From: a virus
Direction: 5' to 3' (one strand)
Length of the DNA: 64,000 bases
IMG/VR virus record: IMGVR_UViG_3300037851_000215
Coordinates: 1-64,000 of that record
Shown here: piece after piece, positions 26,559 to 38,200 of the stretch
Layout of the letters: every line of letters starts with the position of its first letter
How positions within the stretch are numbered: the stretch's first letter is position 1
The notes under the pieces: generated by a model
The model's database searches: none
The model's input: the letters and a program-made list of their open reading frames with translations, nothing else
What the model was told of the DNA's origin: nothing
Translations under genes and position numbers: made by a program

Positions 26559-27608
26559 ATGGCAGATAATATTAATTTTAGTCGTTTTACACAAACACAT
26601 TCGTTTGTTAGTAAAATTGAACCTGCTTGGCATAGAAAAGGTACTATTCTAGATCATGCTTTTACAGCAGAAGAAGCTATTAAATATGCTAATTTAGGTT
26701 ATGTAGTTGACAAGGCAGAACTATATGCTAAGTTTAGTAATGATAAAAATGATCCTAATAGAGGAATGTTAGTAGATAATTATTTTGCTACATACCGTAC
26801 AGATAGTAGAGAAATATTTGGAGTTGTAGGTAGTAGATATGAAATTGTGCAAAATACGGATGCATTTGGTTTCTTTGATGGTATTGTAGGTGAAGGAAAA
26901 GCTATTTATGAAACAGCTGGTGCATTAGGTAAAGGAGAAACTATATTTCTTACTGCTAAACTACCTAATGATATTATACTTCCAGGTGATGATATTGTTG
27001 AGAAGTTTTTAGTATTAACAATGAGTCATGATGGTACTAAACCAATCACTGCATTATTTATTCCTACTCGTGTAGTATGTGCTAATACATTAGCTATTGC
27101 AATGGCAAATGGTTCACATAAAGTTACTATTAAACATACCCGTTCTGCTCATGATAGATTAAATGAAGCTAGAAAGTTAATGAATTTAGTAAATAAGAGT
27201 AGTGATGCTACTAGTGAAATCTTACATACTATGGCTAAGATTAGGATTAATGATGATCAATTAGGTAATTATATTAAACTTATCTTTTTAACTAAAGATG
27301 AAATAAAAAGACTTGCTGAAACAGGTGATCATCGTAAAGCAGAAATTCCTACTAGAACTATTGGTGTAATGACACAAGTATATGATTTTGCTAATAAAGG
27401 GGTAGGACAAAATATGGTGGCTACTAAAGGTACTTTATTTGGTGCATATAGTGGTGTAACTGGTTGGTTATTTAATAATAAAGAATATAAGAATGATGAA
27501 GTTAGGCTTAAAAATCTTATATTTGAAGGAACTGATTATAAATTAAATAATACAGCTTATAATTTAGCATTGTCGGCAATTAATAATACTAATATTTTAA
27601 CTTTTTAA
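26559..27608 (+). CDS. DUF932/DUF945-family phage/plasmid protein
   Basis: PAWH..G, GVVGSRYEIVQN.DAF.FFD, ETAGAL..G, SHDGT, RVVCANTL, I.HT, GTLFGAY. Confidence 0.88.
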   Translation: MADNINFSRFTQTHSFVSKIEPAWHRKGTILDHAFTAEEAIKYANLGYVVDKAELYAKFSNDKNDPNRGMLVDNYFATYRTDSREIFGVVGSRYEIVQNTDAFGFFDGIVGEGKAIYETAGALGKGETIFLTAKLPNDIILPGDDIVEKFLVLTMSHDGTKPITALFIPTRVVCANTLAIAMANGSHKVTIKHTRSAHDRLNEARKLMNLVNKSSDATSEILHTMAKIRINDDQLGNYIKLIFLTKDEIKRLAETGDHRKAEIPTRTIGVMTQVYDFANKGVGQNMVATKGTLFGAYSGVTGWLFNNKEYKNDEVRLKNLIFEGTDYKLNNTAYNLALSAINNTNILTF

Positions 27609-27609
27609 T

Positions 27610-28065
27610 ATGAAACAGATAGTAAGAGTTTACAACGAAAGTAACAATGAATTACCTAAATATGCAAGTGATTTTGCAGCAGGTGTTGATTTATATGCTA
27701 GTGTTCCTGGTTTATATAGGATTATTATACATCCTGGTAAAAGAGTTTTAATTCATACTGGTTTATATGTAGCTATACCAGAAGGGTATGAACTACAAAT
27801 TAGACCTAGAAGCGGATTAGCATTAAAACAAGGTATTACTGTACTTAATACACCTGGCACTATCGATAGTGATTATAGAGGTGAGATTGGTGTTATTTTA
27901 ATTAATCACGGTAATGAAGCAGTTTCATTTGGTAATGGAGATAGAGTTGCCCAAGCAGTTTTAAAGAAAGTTGAAACAATTGAATGGGAACTAGTTACAG
28001 GTAAAGATGGTTTATCAAATACACTTCGTGGTGAAGGTGGTTTTGGAAGTAGTGGTATTAATTAG
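27610..28065 (+). CDS. dut: Trimeric dUTPase
   Basis: AGVDL, RPRSGLA, GTIDSDYRGE, GDRVAQ, RGEGGFGSSG. Confidence 0.97.
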   Translation: MKQIVRVYNESNNELPKYASDFAAGVDLYASVPGLYRIIIHPGKRVLIHTGLYVAIPEGYELQIRPRSGLALKQGITVLNTPGTIDSDYRGEIGVILINHGNEAVSFGNGDRVAQAVLKKVETIEWELVTGKDGLSNTLRGEGGFGSSGIN

Positions 28066-28115
28066 ATAGCGAACTGAGTTTTATTACTCTATTTAAATGT
28101 TGTCATAGTGTTGGT

Positions 28116-28145
28116 AGAAGGGAGATTAATAGTCTCCCTTCTTTT
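28116..28145 (+). terminator. Intrinsic terminator
   Basis: AGAAGGGAGAT / GTCTCCCTTCT plus TTT. Confidence 0.85.
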
Positions 28146-28162
28146 AAATTAAATAAAAAGTT

Positions 28163-28453
28163 ATGTATTTAGATATATTACATAGAACAATAGGGCATCA
28201 TATTGATGAACAAAATGCAAGTAAAAATAAAAAACCTATTATAATTAAACTTACTCCTATATTATATGAAAGTATTCAAGGAGAACTTAATACTGCTTTT
28301 AAAAGAAATACTGATTTGCCTATAACACAAGTTAAATATACAGAGTTTATGGTATATGATCGTACTATTACAATTGAACTTAATACTGCTTTGGATATTC
28401 ATTTTGAAAGAGAATTGGTAACTGAATTAGCAAAGTGCTATGCTCCCAAATGA
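28163..28453 (+). CDS. Hypothetical protein
   Basis: ORF with AT-rich leader. Confidence 0.55.
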   Translation: MYLDILHRTIGHHIDEQNASKNKKPIIIKLTPILYESIQGELNTAFKRNTDLPITQVKYTEFMVYDRTITIELNTALDIHFERELVTELAKCYAPK

Positions 28454-28611
28454 TGTATCAAATAGTTATTCAAATAGTGTTATTATTTCTGTATGCTCTG
28501 GAGAATTGAATATTTTAAGGTGAGCATGGGGAAAGGTACAGAATAATTAATCAGACAGCTCAAAATTATCATTAACATTATTACTATCTTTATTTGTAAT
28601 TCAAATTTAAA

Positions 28612-29178
28612 ATGAACACATTCAATTTCACAAATAAAACTACTACACCTATTCAGAGTAGTACAAAAGGTGGTATCAGAATACCTATTTATAAGAAGAT
28701 TAGCACTAATTTATGGCACGATTTTTCTAATTTGAATTTTCCGGGTGTCTTTAAGATCGGTTCTGCAATTAATAAAAATGAATGTATAATTGATAGTGAT
28801 TATAATATAACACTTAAAATTACCAGACATCTTAATACTTTAATTAGAGGTGATCATTCTGTAATTAGTTTACAAGAATGGTTTAATACACATGGAATTG
28901 ATGCGATTGATATAAGTATGCTATGTAGATGTCCTGCTAATTATGATTATTTTAAAGCAGAAGAGTTGAAATATATTAATCAAATTAGACCTTTATTTAA
29001 TAAAGACATTCCTGCTATTCCTGAACGTGACGCAATTATATTAGATAAACGTAAGAAAAGTAAACCTATTTATGTTATTATAGATCCAGAAACAGGTGAA
29101 GTAACTAGAATAGATAAAAACAAGGAAGTAGTTAAAGTTCCAATTAGAACTACAGTAAGAAATGTAAGATTTACTTAA
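28612..29178 (+). CDS. Degenerate GIY-YIG nuclease-fold protein
   Basis: GVFKI...IN...IIDS..NI..K..RH...L..G.H....LQ..FN.HG....I..L........E..YI....P.FN mirrors the Seg/I-TevI catalytic domain. Confidence 0.65.
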   Translation: MNTFNFTNKTTTPIQSSTKGGIRIPIYKKISTNLWHDFSNLNFPGVFKIGSAINKNECIIDSDYNITLKITRHLNTLIRGDHSVISLQEWFNTHGIDAIDISMLCRCPANYDYFKAEELKYINQIRPLFNKDIPAIPERDAIILDKRKKSKPIYVIIDPETGEVTRIDKNKEVVKVPIRTTVRNVRFT

Positions 29179-29199
29179 TGTAGGAAGTATTAATTAAAA

Positions 29200-29240
29200 A
29201 AGAAAAGCCGTACTAGTAATTAAACTAGTATGGCTTTCTT
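29200..29240. terminator. Bidirectional terminator between the convergent gene blocks
   Basis: AAAGCCGTACTAGT / ACTAGTATGGCTTT hairpin with an A-run on the left and a T-run on the right. Confidence 0.85.
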
Positions 29241-29256
29241 ATTTATTATCTCTATT

Positions 29257-32200
29257 TTATCCTCTAAATAGAATGTAGTATTTATTAAATTTATCAATTC
29301 GTTGTAGTTGCTGAACCTTATTTAAAATCGGCACTAGTTTTATAGCATTAACTTTAAGTTTACTATCTTTAGCATATATACCGCTTTGATAAATTCTTTG
29401 TTCATCACTAACGAATGGATAACTCACTAAATTAGCAAAAGTTTTATATATATCAATAGCTGCACTCTGAACAGCAGCAGGTGATTTTAAAATCTTTTGT
29501 CCTTCATTAATAAGTCCAAATGGAGTATAAAACATTAATTCACTAAGTAGTCTATCTACCTGATATACAGTAAAATCATAACCATAATAATTTTCATCAT
29601 CATCATCATCTGGTTTAAGTGATTTAAGAACAAATCCAGCAGCAAGAACAGCACATAGATAAACCATATCTAATAATGCTCTTCTAACATTACCTTGTTC
29701 AAAATCATCTAATGTATTCCAATATAATCTAATATTAGTAGTAAAATGACTAAAATCAGATAATAATCTAGAAATCATATTCCTAAATTCAATTTCTTTA
29801 CCGTTTTCGTCATATCTATTTCTACCTGATGTACCTTTAAGAAATTGAAATAAACTAACATAACTACCTTTATCCCATTCATCTCTACTTTCAGTCCAAT
29901 AACTACTACCAAATTTACTACCAAATCTTTTATTCCAACCAGGACGCATAAACTTCTTAAATTGCATAATCATTTTACCCATAGCTCTCCTACCAAGAAT
30001 ATTACTATCTTCTCTATTGTAGATACCTTGTTCTTTTTGAACTACTTTAAGTACAATAACTTTAAATGCATCTATTTCATGTTCATCAAGTTTAACATCA
30101 CTTTTAAGTTCAGCAATACCATCCTGATTTAAAATAAATGCATCAATAAATCTAGGATATTTATTAAATTCTTCAACTGCTGTACTATCAAGTTTCTTAC
30201 GTGCCTCAATAAATGCATTTTGTTGATTTAAGGGGAGTGACAGAATAAAATCTCTAAGATAATCTTTTTTAGTTTCTTTAAATTCTTCGTCTCTAAAACG
30301 ATTACTTATATAATTATTTAGACGTTCTTTTTGTATATCAGATAATATTTCATTTAATGCTTGTCTATAATTATTATATTTATATTTAGCTAATGAAACA
30401 ATTTTACCATTTATAATACGATGTTGATTAAGCATAGCAAATAATGTAGTATTTTGTAGATAATGTTCACCAATATCATTCATAAAATACATACTATTTG
30501 TACTTAATAAATCTTTCTTTAACATTCCGCTAGTATAATCTTTTTCATTAGTATTTTGAGTTATATCAAAATATTTAATTAAAGCATTAGTTAATGTACC
30601 TGATTTTAATTTACCTAGTGTATTAATCATATCAGGAATAGCTGCAATATACATTTTATCTGCTTTAGTTAAATCGGCATTATTGAAATACCACCCAGCA
30701 ACAGATTCAAGTTGATTTTGTATTTTACCAAATACAATGTTATTTACACCAGCAGTAATATTAAACCACATATTTTTAGCAGAAGAATATTTAATCATAA
30801 TTTTAGCTATTTTGGTAAAAGTACCTTCATCTATATCAAAATTACCATAATAAATAGCTTCAATCCATTCTGCTAAATGTTTTTCTAAATTAGTACCTTG
30901 ACCCTTTTTAGTACCAATTACTGTTTTATCTAATGTTCTACCTGCTAATTTATTTTTTAATAATTCATTTTTACTATTTCGTTTATTAAAATCCATTTGA
31001 CGTAATCTATGTAATGAAGCATCTATATCAAATTTCATACCCATTTTAGCTTTATATATATTAGCTTCTCGTATAAAATTAGAAAATACTTCATATAGAT
31101 TATAGTTAATACGTTTAGCATTTAATTCAATATTTTCAGCACGTATTTTTTTATTTTTATCACGAACTTCTGCTAATGAATTAAAACTACCTCTACCAGC
31201 TTGTCTTATATCATTTAATACATCTTTTTCATAATCTTCTAGTGTTTCATTAAATCGTCTATCTCTAAACTTAATTTCTTCCTCACGTCCTAAAAATTGA
31301 ACCATTGGAATACCAAGTATATAAACAAGTTCATCATTCATACCGACAAATGAATCACTTTTTTTATTTGCAGCATGACTTTCATACCATGCTTCAAGTT
31401 TTTCACTGATAGACATATTCTCTTTATCAAAAGCAGACATAGTAGGAATAAATCCATCATTCAATATAGTTTTTCTACCAAAGTAATCAGTATATTTACT
31501 AATTATTTCAGTAAGTTTACTATAAATAGGATCATCTTTAATAGCTTTCCATTCAGGATTTATATATTTATCAGAAGGAGTTTTAAACATACTATCTCCC
31601 ATTCTAACATATGTTTTATCTCCTTTCTTAATGAAATTACGCTTTTTCCATTCGTTAAATTCATATTCAATTAATTCTTCTTGTTTTTGACTTATAACTT
31701 TTTGAACTTCTTCATCAGAAACAGCAGTAATTTCATTATCCCTAAACCATGCAAGAGCACCATTTATATAACTAGGTGTACCTTTACCGTAAGTTTTAGT
31801 TAAATATCTAAATCTGTTAGCTTTATCAGTATAATATTGTTCCCAATTATATTTTTGAACTAGTTTACCTGTACGTTTACCATTTTTAATTTCAAGATAT
31901 TTAATAAAATCGGCTTCAGTAATAGCAGTTAAAGGTTTACCTAATTTAGCAATAAGTAAATTTTCAAATTCAACTATATCTACATTACCTTCTCTTTTAC
32001 CTTTATTCATAGCTATACTGAATTTTTTTACTAAATTAGCTACAAATGCATTGTTAGTATCAGATAATGCATCTAACCATAGTTGAACGTAACTTTCATC
32101 ATCAGCTACTTCAAATATCTTACGTAAACCATCTAATATTTCAGGATTACTTGTATAATTTAATAATTCAGCTTCATAATAACTTTCTAATAATTTATTA

Positions 32201-35200
32201 AATTTATTATTAGCATTATCTATTTTAGTACTTAAGTTTTGTAGTTCTTTAATAAGATTATTAATTATACGTTCTTCTTCAATAAAATTATCTCCATCTA
32301 CAGATGTAAGTTCTTTAATATGAACCCACCCCTTTAAAAAAGAAAGTGCCTTTGACATAAAACCAGTAAATTCTTTTCTCTTAATAGGATCATTTATTAT
32401 ATCAGTCATATTAGCATTTTCATACTCATCTAACCGTATAAGTAAACCACCTTTAAATTTATTATCTGGTTTAGAAAGTAATACATTACTTGCATATTGT
32501 AATGTTGCAGTAAGAGCAGTAGCAAAATTAGCAAGTCCTATTTCTGTAATTTCTCTTTCTAATCCTAATCCTTTAAGCATATCAAATAATTCTTTAGCTT
32601 GTTTATTAGCTGTATTAATTCTTATAAGATTAGGAAGATTACCATATATTCTCTTAATAAGTTGATCTGCTGTATTAATTGCATTATTAACTGATTGAAC
32701 AGGAGAAGAAGTATAAGAAGAAAATTTAATGGAAAGTTGAGGATTATCTGGATATAATTCATTTAATATTTCAGCTAATGCTCTTGCTTGATTTATATTA
32801 CTAGTTGCAAATTTATCAGTAAGTACTTTATTTCTAGCATTAATACTTAGTTCACGAATTAATTCAGGATTTTGTTTAGCCCATTCTCTCCAAGCATTAA
32901 GATATGCATTCCATTGTTGTTCTCTAGTAATATTACCTAATGCTGGTTTACCTTTACCTTCCTTAATACTTAAATATCCTTTTACACTTACTTGATAATA
33001 TTCTTCAATAGACATTTTATGAGTAAGTGTACTTAACTGTCCAGTTGTATCATGTAATTGTTCTAATTGTGCACCTGGATTTAAAATAGCATAAAATGCA
33101 CTAAATCTTTTATCTCCTGCACTTGATACTTCATATGATTTAGTAGAATATCTTGACCATGTATAATGAGTTCCTTTAGTATTTATATCTATTTCTTCTT
33201 CTATTCCACTAGCATTATCATTAGCAACTGCATTATCTAACAATTTGTCAATAGTACCAATGTATTTATATTCAAATTGCTGTAAATCATTAGCAGCATC
33301 TAAATGATTGTCATGAATATAAGATATATCCCAACCTTCTTTTGCACTCCATTCTTTTCTAGCAGCAAGTGTACTTAAATCAATCTTATGTGGAGTTCTA
33401 GTAATTTGTATATATTCACTAGTACCTTGTAATCTAACAAATTGACCTATTTTAAGTTTTTCCCATTTTTTAGCTTCATTACCGTGTCTAGTAGTAGCAG
33501 TTCTATGACCGGCTCTAACTAAATCTAATGTAGTAGTGTATTCTTTAAGTTCGTCTCTAAACTTACCATCTTTAATACTCATATTCATAGCAAGATCGTT
33601 AGGATATACATTTTCACTAATTATATCTTTTTCACGCATCTTACTAATTAATTCCCTATATATTTCATCAGATGCTATAACAGTACCATCTGGTAATTGA
33701 TTATTATTTGGAAATATACTTTTAGATTCAACTTCATTTTCATTTAATTTAGGAACAGGATAATAATAATATGTACCAGTTATTTGATCATTTTCATCAA
33801 TATTAACATAGTCAATTACTTGTTTAAAAACAATCCATTCTACTTTATCTTTTTCTCTAATTTGAAGTTTAATGAATTTGGCTTTACGTACATTATTCCA
33901 TGCTCTACTTGTATTTATATCATTCCATTTATTAGCAGGAATAGATATTATTCCATTGTTATTTGGTCTAAATAAAGGTAATTGTATATTTACTTCATCT
34001 CCTTGAAAATCACGAATTTTTGTAAATTGTGCTTCTTTAATTACACCACCATCTGGAACAAGTAAATTATTTCTCCAATTAGTACGCAATATCATATCAA
34101 AATAATCAATTCCAAATAATGAAGCAATTAATTCATTTATTTCATTTTCTTTAGCTAATGTAAGTTTATTTGCAGTAGCTATTCTAAGTTTACTTTCTAA
34201 ATGACTACTTAAATTAATTCCTTTTTCATTATCTGTACCTTCAATAAATGCTTCTGTACTATTTGAAAAAATACTAACAGGAAGTAATTTACTATATGAA
34301 TTAAAACCAAATGTAAAACCAGATGTTAAATATTCGTATTTAACTAAATTTCTAGCAAGTACTCTTTCATATATATCATCACTATACCATAATGTAGTAA
34401 ACGACTCAGTCATAGCATTTGGAATATCATTAGGTATTAAATTAATTAAATGATATCCATTTCTTTCTATATCTGTAATTAGTAATTTAGTATCTAAATA
34501 ATTTAAAATATGATTACTATTATAATTACGTTGATCTAATAATAATTTAATTTGATTAGCTGCACTAAGTTCTTCAAATGCACTTATATTAGTTAAATCT
34601 CTAGTATTTACTTTTAAATTTACATCAGTATTAATACCAAGAATTCTATGTTTTTCTGTAGTATTCATAGTATTTAACCAAGGTAAATCTTTAATAGCAG
34701 CAGTAGTTAGATATTTATTAATTCTATTACTTAACTGTTTATCATATTTAACTTGATTAATATAATTAAATATTTCAGATTTGATATATTTTACTACATC
34801 TGTTTCACTTAGAAAATAATTACTAAATGCTTTAAGACTTAATAAATTAGAAAATGTTAAAAATTGTTCTAGAATAGGATAAACACTTTCTTTATTTATT
34901 CCGAAATATTTAGGATAAATAGCTACTGCTGCATTAGTTGTACCAACATCTAATAGACCACGTTCTGCAAATCTATTTATACTATATTCTAGTGAATTGG
35001 TAGTAGTAAATGTAGGTCCAGCACCAATACTATCAGTATTAAAAATATTTACTGCATCTGTAATTGTTTGTGCATAATGTTTATATACTTTAAATGTTTC
35101 AAGTAATTGTAATTGATAACGTATGTGTTGTTCTAATTGTTCTAATCTAGCTTTATCAGCATTATCGCTTTTTAATATTGCATCTATTTCTTCTGCTGTA

Positions 35201-38200
35201 GTTGTATTTAAATTATCGAACAATCTATTAAATTCTATATTTATAGGTGTGTTATTTTTATATCCTAATATACCATATAAATAAGATTGTGCTTCATCAC
35301 TATATGGAATAAATATATTTTTACCTTTACTAATTTCATTATCCCAAGATTGTACAGATTTACCTGTACGTTTATTTATAAGTTTATATAAAATAGTTTG
35401 ATATTTAGTTTTAATAATACTTATTTCTCTACCACGTTGAATAGTATGTAAATTATCAAAAAAGAATTCACTTAATTCACGTACAATAGGTTGATTAATT
35501 AATGTAGTAGATACATCATAAGTAGAACCAATACTAACTAATAATTTCCAAATAGGAAGAGTATATTCATTAACATTATTAGGCAATGGTTTCCTACCTG
35601 CATCCAATACGTTAGCTGTAATTTGTGCAGAATATGTATCTATATGTTTACCTAAAACGTTAACAAAAGTATTAGCAGGATTATTAGTTAAATATCGATG
35701 TGTTACAATTGCATATTCTTTATTATTACGTGTCTCAAATCTAACATCCTGTTTGTAGTTTTTAATTAATTCTTTTTTATCTATTTCATTAGTAATTTCA
35801 TATTCAATAATAGGTAATGTATCTAAAACAGTACCAATAAATGGACTATTTCTATCAATATTATTTGCTAAAGTAATTCTAGCAATTTGAGCAATAGCAT
35901 TAAACCTATCAATAGAAATAGTAGTTCCTTTTAGATTAACACTTTGTTGTGATTTATCTCTATATTCTTGCTGACCAGCGAATGTAAGAATATTACTATT
36001 TTTACTAAATGGAAATAATACTTTATTTATTTTACTATTTATTTTTTGAATATCATCAAAACTAGAAGTAAAAATAGTTTCTAAAAAATGTGCTGGATTA
36101 GTGAGAATAGAATAATATATATCTACAATCTGATTTTCTCTAGCACGTTTAGTATTTTGTGCTGAAATACTCCAATTTTCAATTATAGCTTTAACTTTAT
36201 TTTTCAAAGCTATATATTCAGGTGTGCTTTTATAATTTATAAATGCTTCTCCGAAATCAGATTGCGTTTTAGCAAACAATTCTTCATGTAAATCAGTAAG
36301 ATTATAAAGTAAAATTCGTTTGTTTTTACCTTTTGATTTAGTAAGTTTAATTTCAATATCACGAATTTTATTTACTACTTGTGTTAATCTAGCATCATTT
36401 TGAATATAATTATTTAATTCAGTATTTTGTTCTTTATATTGTTTTATTAAATTATTGTAATCTGTTAATATAGAAATAATAGTACTTACATTATGTTCTT
36501 GCGATAATACGTGAATTAAATCTTCTTTACTGTCTAATATTGCAGTTACTCTATTATTTAAATCATTTTCTGTAGTACCTGTTATATATTCAATAGTTGA
36601 TATTTTATCAGATTTAACACCATCTATAGTTTCATATTTACGTTGTAAATTATACAACATACTGTATACAGTATCCATATCAAAGTCAGAACCTGTTTGA
36701 GTAATAAATTCATCAGGTAATACTATAGCAGGACTGTTACTATCTGGTAAAAAACCAACTACTTTAAAAACATACATACTATATTTAGCTTCAGTAGGAA
36801 TACGATAACCTATCATAGTCCTTACTTTATCTGGTATAGTATTAATATCAACTAGTTCACCCTCTTTATAAAAATATTTACTCCATCTAGGAAGTAATAC
36901 TTCTGCTTCAATTATTTTTACACCATTTTCATCAAATGTTATATTTGATCGTAATTTAAGATCATTGCGTGAAGTAATTTCATTATGCCAATTTATTCCA
37001 GTAGTATTTTCAAGTTCAGATTGTTTTACTCCTTTCTTTTTATTCATAAATACAGATGACATCTGAGCAGCATGAACTCCAGGAAATTTCTGATTTGTAA
37101 CACCGTTTGTAATAATACTTGTTAAAAGATTTTCAAATTTATTTACAAAAGGACTAAAGAAAATAGGAAGATTAGCATAACCATTATTACCTATATTTAA
37201 TGAATATACTACGTTTTTAGGTAAACCTCTATTTATTGCTTCTTTCTGTAATACTTCTAATATCTTTTCATATTCTATTTCACCTACAATGTTACCATTA
37301 TTATCAATACTAACATCAAATGGTAACATAGTCTTATTTGCACTATGCCATATATTATTATTAAGTAAATCAAAATATTGAGTTTTTAAATCTTTACCTA
37401 ATGTTTCAACACCATTTATATTATATTTAGTATTATCATTTATATTTAAAATAATTTTCTTTGCTATCTGTCGTCCTAATGTATTTACTTCTTCCAATAT
37501 ATGATCTGGAATTTCTAATTGCATATGAAGTCCTTTGTAATTATAAGGACGTTTACCTAAAGTAAGTTCATTAATAATATCGTTATCATCTAGTAATTTA
37601 CCTTTTTTATCTGTTACAGTACCTATATGTAATGAACCTACTTTTTCAGCACTTGCAAAATTAAGTTGTCCAATTCCAACCTGTTTCATTAATTTATTAA
37701 TAGTAGAAAGATCTAGATCTTTAATTAAATCAGGAGTTAATACTATTTCTGCATTTTTAATTTGAACAGGAACCATTTTCTGCAATTCATGTGAATATTC
37801 AAAATCATAAAAAAAATTCTTTTGAATAGCAGCAAATTTAGAAATTTCATCTCTATTTAAAGGTGCTTTATCTCTAACTTTGTCAATAATATCTTTATAT
37901 GAATCATATAAACCAAAACCTTTAATTCTATTTATAAATTCTTCAAAAGTTATTAAAGATACTGAGTCAGCACTATCATTTCTTAGATAAGGGGATGTTA
38001 TATTATATATCTTTAATTCTATAGCAGATAACTTAGGTATATTATTATCTATCTCTTCATCAGTGTATACTTTATTAAGTTTATTTATACGATATGTAGT
38101 AGTACCATCTGGATCTAATATCTGATGTGTCATACGTACTAATTCATTATATATTTTAGATTTTAAAACTACATCTGATACAGTACTAGCATAAAATACA

